A stretch of 64,000 bases of DNA from Saccostrea echinata (taxonomy: Eukaryota): NCBI RefSeq assembly GCF_033153115.1, contig NW_026889801.1, positions 8,804,001 through 8,868,000 of the forward strand, given 5' to 3'. Position numbers and translations under genes: made by a program. The notes beneath the pieces are model-generated. The model did no database searches and had not been told where the DNA came from. It was given only the letters and a program-made list of their open reading frames with translations. The stretch's first letter is position 1. Each line of letters starts with the position of its first letter. Positions 1-12,085 of this stretch are shown here, piece by piece.

Positions 1-690
1 ATATATACCAAACCTCGATATATATAAAGAGAAATGCGAAATATACAAACAAAACTTGGATATATATAAAGAGAAATGCCAAATGTGAAAACAAAATCTT
101 GATATATATAAAGAGAAAATTTTCCATCGCCTGACATTTCATGACCTTCATTACATCAGGTATTCGCCAACATCTGATAAGCGGTTTCCCGAGCTACTGT
201 TAGAGTGCAAACGGTTGATGTGGCTCAGTTTCAGGATGGTATTCAGTGTATTGTGTTTTCTTTATTTGTATGTCTAAATATGATGATTACAACTAAAGCT
301 AATAAACTACTGTTCTTCTTACATTTCAAACGTGTGGAGCAGAATTGAATCAAAGAGACATTTTTGCTCAAAATGTATATTCCATAGCACTAAAAATTGG
401 GGGTCTTTTCAATTGAAATATAATTCAGTGCAAAAATGCATTTGTGTTATCTGTGTAATCTTGATGGAGAGCTGAGCGATACAGGTCACGCAGTGGAAAA
501 TGTTCTCTACATATATTTCCTATTTCTCTTTATATATGTTGAGGTTTTGTTTCTATATTTCGCATTTCCTTTATATATTTCGAAGTTAAGTTGTTTTTTT
601 TTTATTTCGCATTTCCTTTATATATTGAGATTTGCTTTTATATATTGCTTTTCCTTTATATATACAGGTTGGTACTAATGGGCTTCCGTA
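1..690. mobile_element. Non-autonomous TIR DNA transposon (IS3EU-type RTA terminus); left end lies upstream of the window
   Basis: Tandem ATATATAAAGAGAAA-containing units at 1-120 recur in reverse complement at about 510-665. The element ends ...GGTACTAATGGGCTTCCGTA at 690 (TACGGAAG.. on the minus strand), matching the TAY..RTA termini described for IS3EU. Confidence 0.6.
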
Positions 691-3600
691 GATACTTGAC
701 CATAACAAATGTATCAAATGAGATATGGAGTACCGGGATTATAATTCTATAAATTTTGCATCATAACATTAAAAGAGTTGTAACTCTTGTATAGCTTCCA
801 AGCTCTGCGGTTCATAACGTGTTGCATTTCCTGGCCTGGTGATTCCCCCTGAAGCCTGTACATATTTTTTTCCTCCCACTCCATTTAACATTAGTATTTC
901 TTAGACAAAATAGAAACCATCATTTTAAGCTCAGATATCAACCAAAATTTTTAACAAATGTGGCTTATATTTTTCCGACTTCTTAAGAATTTTAGGAAGT
1001 TATAAAAAGATTTGAAGGATATACTGATATAACTATGTCAAAATGCTTTCATTTGAAAATTTAAAAAAAAAAAAACAAAAACAAAATATTTATATGCGAA
1101 GAAAAATAGAACCAAGTTTTAATGAATTGTTTGTGACTTCCACTTGAATTATTAAATAATAATGAATTGCATCAAAATATCTCTTGTATAAATACATACC
1201 TGCACTTCCGTCCCAAAAGGAATCTAAAGAATTTTTTTTTTTAAATGGCTTATATAGATAATGAATATATTTAATTGGTTTCCTAACGATACTGTTATGA
1301 GGAAAGTCAAGACATAAACCTTCCCCTGTTGTTGCCCTCTACCAAATATCCTATAACAGTCTAAATAAAATAAACAGTAGACATTATCTGGGTTTTTTAT
1401 CCAATGTGCTTTTCATTTGCTAAATAGAGAAAGTTTCACTAGATTTGATTTTGGTAAATGTAACATTTTTTTAATTAGTCACTATTCATCCTGCTGTACC
1501 TGAGATGCCAATTATTCTATTTGTATAATGATTGATTTACTGTTTAACACATATATTATATGTTAATCCTACTACAAAAATACATATACTGTAATTTAGT
1601 ATAACTAGTATAATTCAAACACTGATCCAGAAATAGAGTTCAATAGGGCATTGGCCTAAAATAACAAAGTAGTAATAAGCCAAAAATATAGAAATCATAC
1701 TACAAATATGGAAATAACAATTAAAATAATTTTACAGTAAATGTTTAATCAAAATATACTTTACCAAAAACAAAATGGAATCAATTCGTACTTAAATCTT
1801 ACAGACTCATTATTATTAAAGTGTCAACTTTGGCTTTAAAAAATATTAAAGTAGAAACTTGTAATCAAAATAATTACATGAATGAACTCTTTAGATAAGA
1901 ATGAAACAGATAATCAAGTATAAATGTTACATATCAATAGATGCTTAAGTAAAGTTTCATTGTAAATCGAAGATCCAAAGTAAGTTTTATATATATACAT
2001 GTAGATTAAAATATGAATTATAAATAACTTTCATATTTCTTTTGCTAGGGTACCTCATATCAAAATATTTTTGTATATTAAGAAACTCGGATATAAGGAA
2101 ATAATTTAAATTTTGGTTGTAATGCGTCTGATTGGATGATAAATTAGTTTATATCCTATAACCTGTGTTGCCTACGTCACAAACTCATCAATCCGTTTGA
2201 CGTTACCTTTAAAATATGTTCAATTTTATGCCATTTTTTGAAGGAGAAATTGTCTTACTTTCTGCACTTATTGATCGAAAATTAAATCATAAGGGATAAA
2301 TTTAATAGCTTTGCGGCTTATAACTCGTAAACTACACCAACCCAAATTATACTGTATTATTTGCATTTGGATAGCTATCAAATTCATTTCTTAATTTAAG
2401 AAAGTCATGTCCCAATGACTTCCTCATGTACACACTTCGATAAGTTTGGGGTAAAACACAGAAATAATTACTTTTATGTTTAGGGTAGTTCCAATGGATC
2501 ATCCCATTCTGTTTACATGTATAGTTATTACAAAGTAGAGGAATTAAGTTAAAATATCGATATCATTACAAGTTTCACTGCGGAAAGTTCCAACTCACAT
2601 ATGCATTGATTCGAAACATTTTCTTATAATATTTTGTTTTACCAGCCACACTGGATATATCTTGGCAGCGATAGTATTTTATTGCCATCTACACTGCCCT
2701 GTACATTTATGCACCGTACTTTCTTCAGATGATGTTCATTTTAGAAATTACCAGATGGGTGCCATGAAAAGGTCAAGCGCGCATTTTATTGATCTGAATG
2801 GGGTTTGACATTGCAAATTTGATAATGTAGCATATAAATGGTGGCGTATTCAGTTCTTTTGAATTTTGGCGTAAGTGTAAGAAATGTCAATGCCTATTAC
2901 TGGTCGAACCATAAACATAAACTTGAGTTTATTTTTGTAGAATTGAGATATTATTGTTCTGGCGTGATGTAATTTTTTAATTAATAATTGAAATAATTCA
3001 CATTATACATTATTACACGACTCTAAATGCATGGCCACTGAATGCCTTTGTGATACGTATTTCTATGTTCATGTAATCATTGTTCGCTACATATGCATAG
3101 GACAGGAATTTTTACTTTGTTTTCACTTGAAAAACTTAAAAATAAATGCAATATATACTCTTCAATAATATTTCATTATATTCAACAGCTAAGATTAGTG
3201 TATTTTAAACTTGATAATTTCAAAACAATAGAAACAAATTTCAGAATTATAAATGAGAGCAAAATTAAGGGCGATATTTAAGTATACCCGACAATAGCCG
3301 ATATCACTTAGAATGTTTAATTACATCTACATTGAACAATTGCATATCACATATTCTCAAATAATTGATAAAAATATATAGTAGAGTGTACCCTCTTAAA
3401 TTGTGGCTAGTGCTAGTTAGAATAATTAGATGAAAGTGCTTCCAATTATTAAGCAATGTGAAAACCTTTTAAAAATTCTGTATTGATAGATTATCAAAGT
3501 TGAATGTTGCTAAAACATTTTATAAAATGAAAACCATTTTTTTTTTATTATTTGAAGTTTTATTAGTATTTTAAATATTCTGTCTGTAGAATGTAATATC

Positions 3601-4292
3601 TTAGGATATTTTTTTCCCACTAAGCCGCCTTCACGCTCAATTTTTTTTTTATTTCATCAATATTAAAAGTACATGTACGTGCATTGAGAAATAGCTTAAA
3701 GATGCATCGTTCATAATTTTCTTTGAAATTGCAACTAGTTATATTATAAGAAAAATGATTACGTCAATTTAGTATCCCATTACATCTGTATTTGACAAAT
3801 AGGTAAATATACTAATATTCTTTGGGTTAACCTTCAAAAACTCATGCAAAAATTTGTTCAACACTAGATAAAGAATGTCAGTGTGCGTTTTCTTTACAAC
3901 CATACCAATCCCGATTTCACAGGGGACATGTCATATTTTCCTATGACTTCGCGGTCTCAGTTTATTACTTACTCTTAAGTGCAGATTCTAGACGGTTTAA
4001 GTGTATACAACGCATTGTGTGCAGCCGCCTACCGCTATAATTGTTTAATTTCACAATGATGCATTCGATAAATGGGATTTTAGAAAGAAGAGAATCCTGT
4101 GATACCGTTAGTCAGGCTAAAAGGTGATTCGTAATTACATCAGACGACACTTAGTCCTGCTGCTGATGTTATCGAACTTTCCCGCTTTTTGTGAACATTT
4201 ATATCGCGAGTACAATTGGATAAAATCGGATTTCTGCTTCAATATATTAGACGACAAAGTTTCCTACGAATATTGGATAAAGGATTTCGAGA

Positions 4293-5288
4293 ATGATAAG
4301 TCTGCAAGAAGCAGTCGGAAATCTTACTACAGGAAATGAAACCGACGCGTTACATCGACAGTACAACTTAGAAATGTTGAACGCCAGAATTCCAAGTATG
4401 ACTATTCTCGGGACACTGATTTTTTTCGGAGTCATAGGAAATGCTGTTGTGATATATATATACAGGAAAAAACTGTCTACTCATCCTGAACTCTGGTATT
4501 TTATTCCTTGGTTAGCCTTTTTCGATTTTATTGCCACTGTTTTAGGTGCATCCCTAGCTCTTATCCAGGACTTGTTTTCTATGAGTTTTCCATCATTGTA
4601 CCTGTGTAAAATACTGTGGTTTAGTGTCGTTATTTCCACAACTTCTGGGGCATCATGTCTATTAATAATAGCTGTGCAGAGATACATTTATGTTTTTAAT
4701 AAGCCATCAATGACCCTTAAATGGAGACGAATTTCCATTTTGGTAACCATACTGTTTTCTATTCTAATTGCGTTACCAGTTTTCTATGTTGTGGAATTGA
4801 GAAATATTTCTTTCAGAGGATTAAAAGGTGAAGTTTGTGGAGATACAAAAAATGACCGGAAACTTGTACTCAAGTATTCATACTTTCATAGTCTACTTTT
4901 TATTTCGTGCATAAATATTGTTGTTATTACCTTTCTATATGTGAAAATTGGCACAAAAACCTATCAGCTTTTGAAACCAAGAAATGAAAGTCAGCATTCG
5001 TGGGAATATCGGAGAAGAGTAGGGCTCAATTTTACTTTGATGTATATTGTAGTGTTTATGGTATATTCAGCGTCATATTTACCCACGATTGTGATTATCC
5101 TACTGGGAGAGCAGACAAAAACGGAAATTTTTCATAACATTGACAATAAAGTCAAATTAAATGGCGTACTTGTCGCTCATCGAATGTTTCTATTTAGCCA
5201 TGTTTTAAATCCGCTCATATTTTTCCTCTTCCATGCTAAATTTCGAATGGCAGTTAAAGGAATGTTCACTGTTCGATGCAATACATGA
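4293..5288 (+). CDS. Intronless orphan class A (rhodopsin-like) GPCR, 331 aa
   Basis: Seven hydrophobic segments; TM1 GN motif (GVIGNAVV); TM2 LAFFD; TM3 Cys plus AVQRY (DRY variant); TM4 Pro; ECL2 Cys; TM6 SYLP; TM7 LNPLIF; helix-8 FR; N-terminal N-glycosylation sites NLT and NET. Confidence 0.9.
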   Translation: MISLQEAVGNLTTGNETDALHRQYNLEMLNARIPSMTILGTLIFFGVIGNAVVIYIYRKKLSTHPELWYFIPWLAFFDFIATVLGASLALIQDLFSMSFPSLYLCKILWFSVVISTTSGASCLLIIAVQRYIYVFNKPSMTLKWRRISILVTILFSILIALPVFYVVELRNISFRGLKGEVCGDTKNDRKLVLKYSYFHSLLFISCINIVVITFLYVKIGTKTYQLLKPRNESQHSWEYRRRVGLNFTLMYIVVFMVYSASYLPTIVIILLGEQTKTEIFHNIDNKVKLNGVLVAHRMFLFSHVLNPLIFFLFHAKFRMAVKGMFTVRCNT

Positions 5289-5698
5289 GATATATATTTC
5301 AAGTAGTTATTATATTAAAGATTGGTTGTGTTTTATATGTAAATATTTTAAGTGGATTAAGCATTTTCACAGTTATCTGAATTTCTTTGAAATTTCGTAC
5401 AAAAAGACCTCAAGGCAACAAAAAGAAAAATATGAAAGCACTGTAGTGAAGCAGGTTTATTTTTATGTTAGTCATGGGTTTCTACTTAATCTGTTGAGTG
5501 ATTCAGAATCAAACGGAAGAAAGGAAGGAAGTCATGCTTATAAATGCTTCCTAAGATGACATTTCTTTCCTATGTACATTTGAAAATCAAAATAGCATTA
5601 AAAAAGATACTTGTCTCTTATTATTATTTAGAAGGCTTGAATAATGACAGAAACATTATAAATTTAATCATAAAACTATAATTTTTCTTTGCTTTTAA

Positions 5699-6051
5699 AC
5701 CGTCACGGTACATGAAGACCAGTCGGTAGAGCGCTCGATCTGTGATCGGAAGATCATGAGTTCGTATCTCGGCCGCAACTGACCTAAGTCGATAAAAAAT
5801 TAGGTAGCAGCTGTTCCTTCGCCAAGCGCTCTGCACGTGGAAGTGAAAGTTGCGGGTCCCTCGGATATGACCTTGAAAACCGAGGCCCCTCTGTCACGGA
5901 AGGCATTGGCACGATAAAGATCCCTCACTACTCAATAGTCCTGAGTGCAGAGTAAAGTTTTAAATCTGAAGCCCTTCACCGGTATATGGTGATATCTCTA
6001 TATGAGTGAAAAAATCTCAAATGTCACGTAAAACAACATACAATCAATCAA
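5699..6051 (+). mobile_element. tRNA-derived SINE (Meta + Deu/Nin central domains), older copy
   Basis: Degenerate A box and B box (GAGTTCGTATC), central AAACCGAGGCCCC..GGCACGATAAAGATCCC, (CAAT)n tail, 13-bp TSD TCTTTGCTTTTAA at 5686-5698 and 6052-6064. Colinear with the copy at 36573. Confidence 0.85.
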
Positions 6052-6389
6052 TCTTTGCTTTTAATTGTTTCAACATTTCTGTATTGTGGTAACGAATAAG
6101 TAAAGTTTCCTTAAATGCTACCTGCCTGATGCATTTTGTGCTTTGTGGCGTACAGAAAAGAGAGCTTACATAAGATTGATTGTTTCAAAGCTGAATTTCA
6201 ATCAATTATTTCAAAATTTATCATATGAAACTCAGTTTTAGTACCAAAATGAAATACATTCATGTGATAAAAACAAAAAACCCCGGTACAGCAGCCTTTT
6301 AGTTTTCGGTAAAATATCTTAAACCCAAAATACCAAATAGGATGGTTTAAAATGGTGAACGAAATAGGGAGATAACGAACAGTATTCAA

Positions 6390-6560
6390 ACTCAAAGTTC
6401 ATTCAAACAATACAAATCGGGAGCAGGGCAAACACAGACCTTTAAAAACATCAGAGGTGGGATCAGGTGCCATAGAGGAGTAAGCATCCTATGCCGACCG
6501 GTCACACTCTCCGTGTGCTTCTTGTCATGATCTGGAAAAAAGGGAAAAATTGGTAGACAA
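6390..6560 (-). mobile_element. Penelope-like retroelement terminal fragment
   Basis: Shares AGAGGTGGGATCAGGTG..GAGTAAGCATCC..GACCGGTCACAC with 10296-10355, which is contiguous with a Penelope-type RT remnant. Confidence 0.5.
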
Positions 6561-6966
6561 TTCATGTGTAAATTCTAACAGAGAGAGTAATTAAAAAGAC
6601 ACAGCACTGATCCCCCGTGTTTTCCCTGCTTACGATTTGTTTTGTTTAATTGGATTATTGAGCATAATAAACTGTTCATTAACTTCATATTTCATCGATC
6701 CATTACACAATGACGTTCTTAAGATAAGAGAAAATCAATGGAATGTGGGTTGATCGGAATAATAAATGTGCTTGTTTCATGTCAATCTTATATCTTACCT
6801 ATATGCACCTCAAGAGAATTCAGGTTCTAACAACTCGATCATTTACTAATGTACCCATTTGAAAATTCATTGTACAAGAATAGAATAAATTCAGGTAACA
6901 GCTCTCTTTTATCACCTTTTATCTAAGTTAATTAAATCAAGTGATAAAAAAGATATCCAATGAAAA

Positions 6967-7160
6967 AAAATCAAGATTCACATTACTCGAATAACCGTTT
7001 TAACTGTAAACGCTTTCTGCCTTTTAATGGCTCTTCAGACACTTACAAAATAAAAAAAAATGAAAAAAATGCAAAATTTTGTTACTGTCTGAAGAGCAAT
7101 TAAAAGGCAGAAAGCGCTTACAGTTAAAATGATTACTCGAGTCTTGAGAATCTTGATTTT
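6967..7160. repeat. Imperfect inverted repeat (about 85-bp arms) abutting the assembly gap
   Basis: AAAATCAAGATTC..AACTGTAAACGCTTTCTGCCTTTTAATGGCTCTTCAGAC is mirrored by GTCTGAAGAGCAATTAAAAGGCAGAAAGCGCTTACAGTT..GAATCTTGATTTT. Confidence 0.8.
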
Positions 7161-7312
7161 NNNNNNNNNNNNNNNNNNNNNNNNNNNNNNNNNNNNNNNN
7201 NNNNNNNNNNNNNNNNNNNNNNNNNNNNNNNNNNNNNNNNNNNNNNNNNNNNNNNNNNNNNNNNNNNNNNNNNNNNNNNNNNNNNNNNNNNNNNNNNNNN
7301 NNNNNNNNNNNN
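7161..7312. other. Assembly gap (152 N)
   Basis: Run of N. Confidence 1.
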
Positions 7313-8739
7313 ACGACAGTTCGAGAAAATGCTGGAGTAATTTCGATAATTTATTTTAAATCCATTTTGTGAAAGAAATTATATTTTGATAAAATGATTT
7401 TGTTCAAAATAACAATTGTAGAATTGAAGCATTATTTTTCTTCTTTTTTTTTTTTTTTTTTATTAAACTAAGAAAGAAAAAGGTATATGACTTTCTCTGT
7501 TTCGCTTAAATGATCGAAAGTTATCCGTTTGTCAATTGTCATAGGTACATATATGTTTGTCATCTGTATATTTTCAACTTCATGTATATAACCACGTTGT
7601 CAGCTAACTGACACAAAACGGCCTTGGTTGAACAAAATTCAAATTTTTTCAATAAAGAATAATGCTCCCTATGAGAACTAATCATAACTAAAAAAAATAC
7701 TCAGTAGTTATACGAGGATTCATCAAAAATTTCGTGTACTAGCGCTATTAAATAAAAACCATTTGAGGTACTTCAATGAATAAAAAAAATTTTTTTTACA
7801 CATTTAGTTAGCATCATCTTTTCTATCTATAAAACTATCTATACAAAAAATACAAATCATAAATCTTATTTTCTAATCAATTGTTAATGTATTTGTAAGC
7901 AATGCATGGTATGTCCAGGCGGCGCAACCTCAAATATGACAAATTTTTTACCTGAGAAAAGTTCCTCTGATATGAGCATTTGTCATCGAATAATCACATT
8001 TAATTCACTGATGTGGTATGTCACAATCGATCCGTTAAATACGCAACTTCTGCCTCATTCTGTAAGTTCTATTAAATTTTATCGTACATTTTATATGGAA
8101 TGACCAAACAATAAGGGGTTAAAAATGACGTATAAAAGGGGGAAGACTTTTTTTCCCCAACATTACAAAAAAAACTGGCTTAGACACACGAAGAATTTAA
8201 ATGGGCTACAGAGAAATAAAATACATCTAGAATACCTGTTTTTGAATGCCAAAAAGATTCAGAAAGGAGAGACGCACATTTAATCTCGAATTTTGGTCCT
8301 GGCTTCCAAAGTCAGTCACGTCGAAAAGTGACATTTATCATGTGTGGTAGACATTAACTTCGATAAGTAAATTATTCTGGCATAATCAAGTGTCGAGGAT
8401 CTTTCCCTATTTAATAGTTTCATTAACAATATTATGCATTGAAATCAGCTGTTCATGACATTGTGAAATCATGTAAACAAGATAGATTTCAGTCTTTATT
8501 AAACTCCAGGAAACAGGATAAGTGTATTGAGACAGAAGGAGCGGGTATTGAGAAATAATGAGGTTGTCGGACGTCAAGAAACTCAAACTAGGGCCAGAAT
8601 AGTTTCACAAGAGGATTAACTGGTATATATAAGTGGACAAAAGACTTTAAAAACCTTTTCAAAAACAACAGGGTTGTCATAATGAAAAAGGTGAAGAAAA
8701 CGAACAAGGACTGATCTCGAAAAACACTACAAACAAAAC

Positions 8740-9030
8740 AATTCTGTGAACAGTAGCCTGCCGCGGTTTAAAATTGATCATAGGCAAAGCCACACATATG
8801 CAGGTGATAGCGGAATATTACTAAAAATGAATAAATAAGGAAAGTTGACGATGGAAAAGCTGAAGTCGTCTTGTTTGTCACACATTTTAGTTCTTAGTTG
8901 GTCTTTATCGTCTATATCTAGTAAAATCTAAATAGATGTGACAGACTCTGTGTTGTATTTTATTTTGAGTTTACTGGGATATTTCGAGTCGACATAAGAA
9001 CGGAAGCAACATAAGTAATAAAATTATGCA
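8740..9030 (-). mobile_element. Degenerate Penelope-like RT fragment
   Basis: Colinear with 10650-10870 (GGTGATAGC..ATATTACT..GACGATGGAAAAGCTGAA..ACAGACTCTGTG). Confidence 0.6.
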
Positions 9031-9134
9031 ATCATCCTTATGTTCTGTAGATTCAAGTACATGTATGATCTAATCATTGGCCCCGAGGGTAGGATGGAAC
9101 CTCAATAGGCGATCAAAGTTTTACCTGGGAATTA

Positions 9135-9432
9135 GTCGCCCGCGTGGCGCAGTGGTTAGAGCGTCTGCTCTAGAGTCGAAGAGTAAGGAGTTGATCCTTA
9201 CGTAGCGGGTTTGAATCCCACCTTGGGACGTGGAGACTGGTCCTTCGGATGAGACTGTATAAACCGAGGTCCCGTGTCACAGTAGGTGCTGGCACGAAAA
9301 AGATCCATCTTTGCTCAATGGCCCTCAATGCCGAGTATAGGTCAAAATTTTGCAGCTCCTCGCCGGCAAGTGGTGACATCTACATATGAGTGAAAAATTC
9401 TCGAGAGGGACATTAAACAACAAACAAACAAA
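9135..9432 (+). mobile_element. tRNA-derived SINE with a different head and Deu/Nin domain only
   Basis: A box TGGCGCAGTGG, B box GGTTTGAATCC, then GGTCCTTCGGATGAGAC..AAACCGAGGTCCCGTGTCAC..AAAGATCC and the same 3' tail (GAGTGAAAAATTCTCGA) as the other SINEs, ending in (AAAC)n. Confidence 0.85.
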
Positions 9433-10239
9433 AACCTTTATTACCTTTTAATTATATCTATTTTTTAATTAATACTTTTTGTGAATTAAACTTGTGATTC
9501 AGTTGTGTTTTTTTCAATTTACTTAGCGGTTTATTCGCGAATTCGGTCAAGAAATGACCGCGACTATTGGCACAGTAAAAAAAACCCTGCCTGTATTATG
9601 GCAGATGCTTCCCTAAAGTAATGAATTTTGCTCTTCAGAATCAATGCCATGAATTTCAACATTCACTCATGAACAATATTGGAAACGTTGATTTCATTCC
9701 CTTAAATGCTTTTATGATTCGATGTGAATTTTAACTATTTCTATCTTTATGTAAATTCAAAACATTAAATCCACCTCAAAGTAGTTCAAATTTAAATAAA
9801 GAAAATTTCAGTTTCAAGAAACTGTGTTCTCATTATGATCACATACATTTATGATATAAACTGTTATTATAATAAGTTGCCTTTGTATAAAATTAACACT
9901 CATCTCTATATGAAATAATAGAACAATGCTTATAATGAAGTCTTTAAATATCGACGATAGGTTTAAAAGTTCAAGGTAGAAAACACTGAAATGCTTATTT
10001 ATACCAGTATTAATTGATTGAATTAAATGGCTGCATTGTCCCTTCATACGTTATATGTAAACTAAACAAACACTATATTGTCACTGTTTTTTTCCGTTGT
10101 TGAATTTATCCTTGCGTGCTTTCACCCTCACTCTTTGGACGATTTCAACAATTAAAAAAATATTTTATAATATTGACGAATTTTAATATTAAATTGACTA
10201 TAGTAAAGCTTCCAAGACCTCAATGAAAGAGGTGAAAAA

Positions 10240-11050
10240 ACTATAAACAATATAAATCTGTGAAGGGGGCATAAATCAAGGACCCCTGGAAATTCCAGAG
10301 GTGGGATCAGGTGTCTACGAGCAGTAGGCATCCCCCAGTTGACCGGTTACACCCGCTTTTAGCCCTGTGTATTGACCAGGTAGACGGAACATTTCGTAGT
10401 CAAATTCAGTATAAAAACAAAGGCTTAGTAATTGGTATTAAACATGTCAGCCAAAATATGACCTAGTGATAAGTTATATTTGCAAACAAGGTCATTTTAA
10501 CGACCATAGAATTTACGAAATGTTGACTTAAAACGATATTGATGAAATCCCTGTAACATCAACTTATCTGTCAGTAGCATGCCTCGGTTTGAAATTGATC
10601 GTACTCGGAGCTTGCTCTTGAGTATCGAATAAGTTGGGAGATGTAAACACCATAGGTAGGTGATAGCAGGATATTACTACATAAATAAGGAATGCTGACG
10701 ATGGAAAAGCTGAAATCATCTCGTTTCTCATACAATTTAGTTGCTAGTTGGTCCTTATCATCTATAGTCAGTAAACCATCCAAATATGAAACAGATGTGG
10801 CAGACTCTGTGATGTCTTTTATTTCAAGTTCACTGGAATATATATAGTGTTGACATATGAATGGAAGTAACCATTGTTAATTGATAATATCTAAATGTCG
10901 AGCTGAAGGCCAAGTGTTTTCTTCTTCTCGTGTAGAAGATTTTGAATAGATTCCGCTTCATAAAAATAAAAAAAATACAGGTCGGCTAATAAAGTAGCAT
11001 AATTAGTGCCCGTCGGAATTCCGAAATTTTGTTGGAAGACCAGGCCCCAA
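10240..11050 (-). mobile_element. Penelope-like element (PLE) reverse transcriptase remnant, frameshifted
   Basis: ORF fragments read GIPTGTNYATLLADLY (GIPMG..LA.L RT motif) and LATKLYEKRDDFSFSIV..SNI...YGVYISQLIRYSRAS, typical of the PLE RT C-terminal region. Confidence 0.8.
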
Positions 11051-11380
11051 GACCATAAACTGAGAGCAGACTTAAGTCCAAATTTCAAATGTGTATAACT
11101 TTAGAAATAAAAAAAAAATTTAAAAATGAATCTGATTTTCATTGAGTGTTTGTATTTGAAAAACATGAAGACATTTCTCTATGATCCCGGGTTTTAGAAT
11201 TTTATTAATATAGTTGGTACATATCTAATACAAATTATATAGAAATGTTTTTTAGAAATAAGTTTTGATGATGCTGCATAATTTTTTTTTCAAACAATAC
11301 TGTACGTACTATTATTTTTATTTACTATACTTAATACAAAATAGTTAACTTTAGTTAACTATAGTATCAGTTTTCATTAC

Positions 11381-11657
11381 AGTGAATCAAATTCTTTACT
11401 TTAGTGAATCAAAGTCTTTACTTTAGTGAATCAAAGTCTTTACTTTAGTGATTCAAAGTCTTTACTTTAGTGATTCAAAGTCTTTACTTTAGTGATTCAA
11501 AGTCTTTACGTTAGGGAATCAAAGTCTTTACTTTAGTGAATCAAAGTCTTTACGTTAGTGAATCAAAGTCTTTACTTTAGTGAATCAAAGTCTTTACTTT
11601 AGTGAATCAAAGTCTTTACTTTAGTAAATCAAAGTCTTTACTTTAGTGAATCAAAGT
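11381..11657 (+). repeat. 22-bp minisatellite (AGTGAATCAAAGTCTTTACTTT), about 12.5 copies
   Basis: Near-perfect tandem copies read directly. Confidence 0.95.
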
Positions 11658-12085
11658 TATTTTTATTATTGATTTCAGATTGTTATATTATATGTTCTCT
11701 AACTCATACATGCAATTTTTTAAAATGGAAATATTACTTGTATATTCTTATATTATTTTCAAAATTTAAAAAGTTTCGTAGTAAATCAAAGTATTAAAGT
11801 ACTTACTATAGGTACCTTTAATTAACTTTAGTAAACTATAATTATAGTAAACTACTATAATTAAATTTTAGTAAATATACTAAACTATAGTAAATTTTTG
11901 TTGGGTAAACGAGAGATATTTTTAATTTATCTGTTTGGTGACAATGTGCTTTTTACATTGGAGAAAAACGATCAATATATAAGTACATGAATACTAGATA
12001 AGCCCATGACTTTGGTAATATAGCTGTTTATGAATGCAGTGCCTATAATGCAAAATTATGTGAAAAATATAAACTAGTGCTTAGA

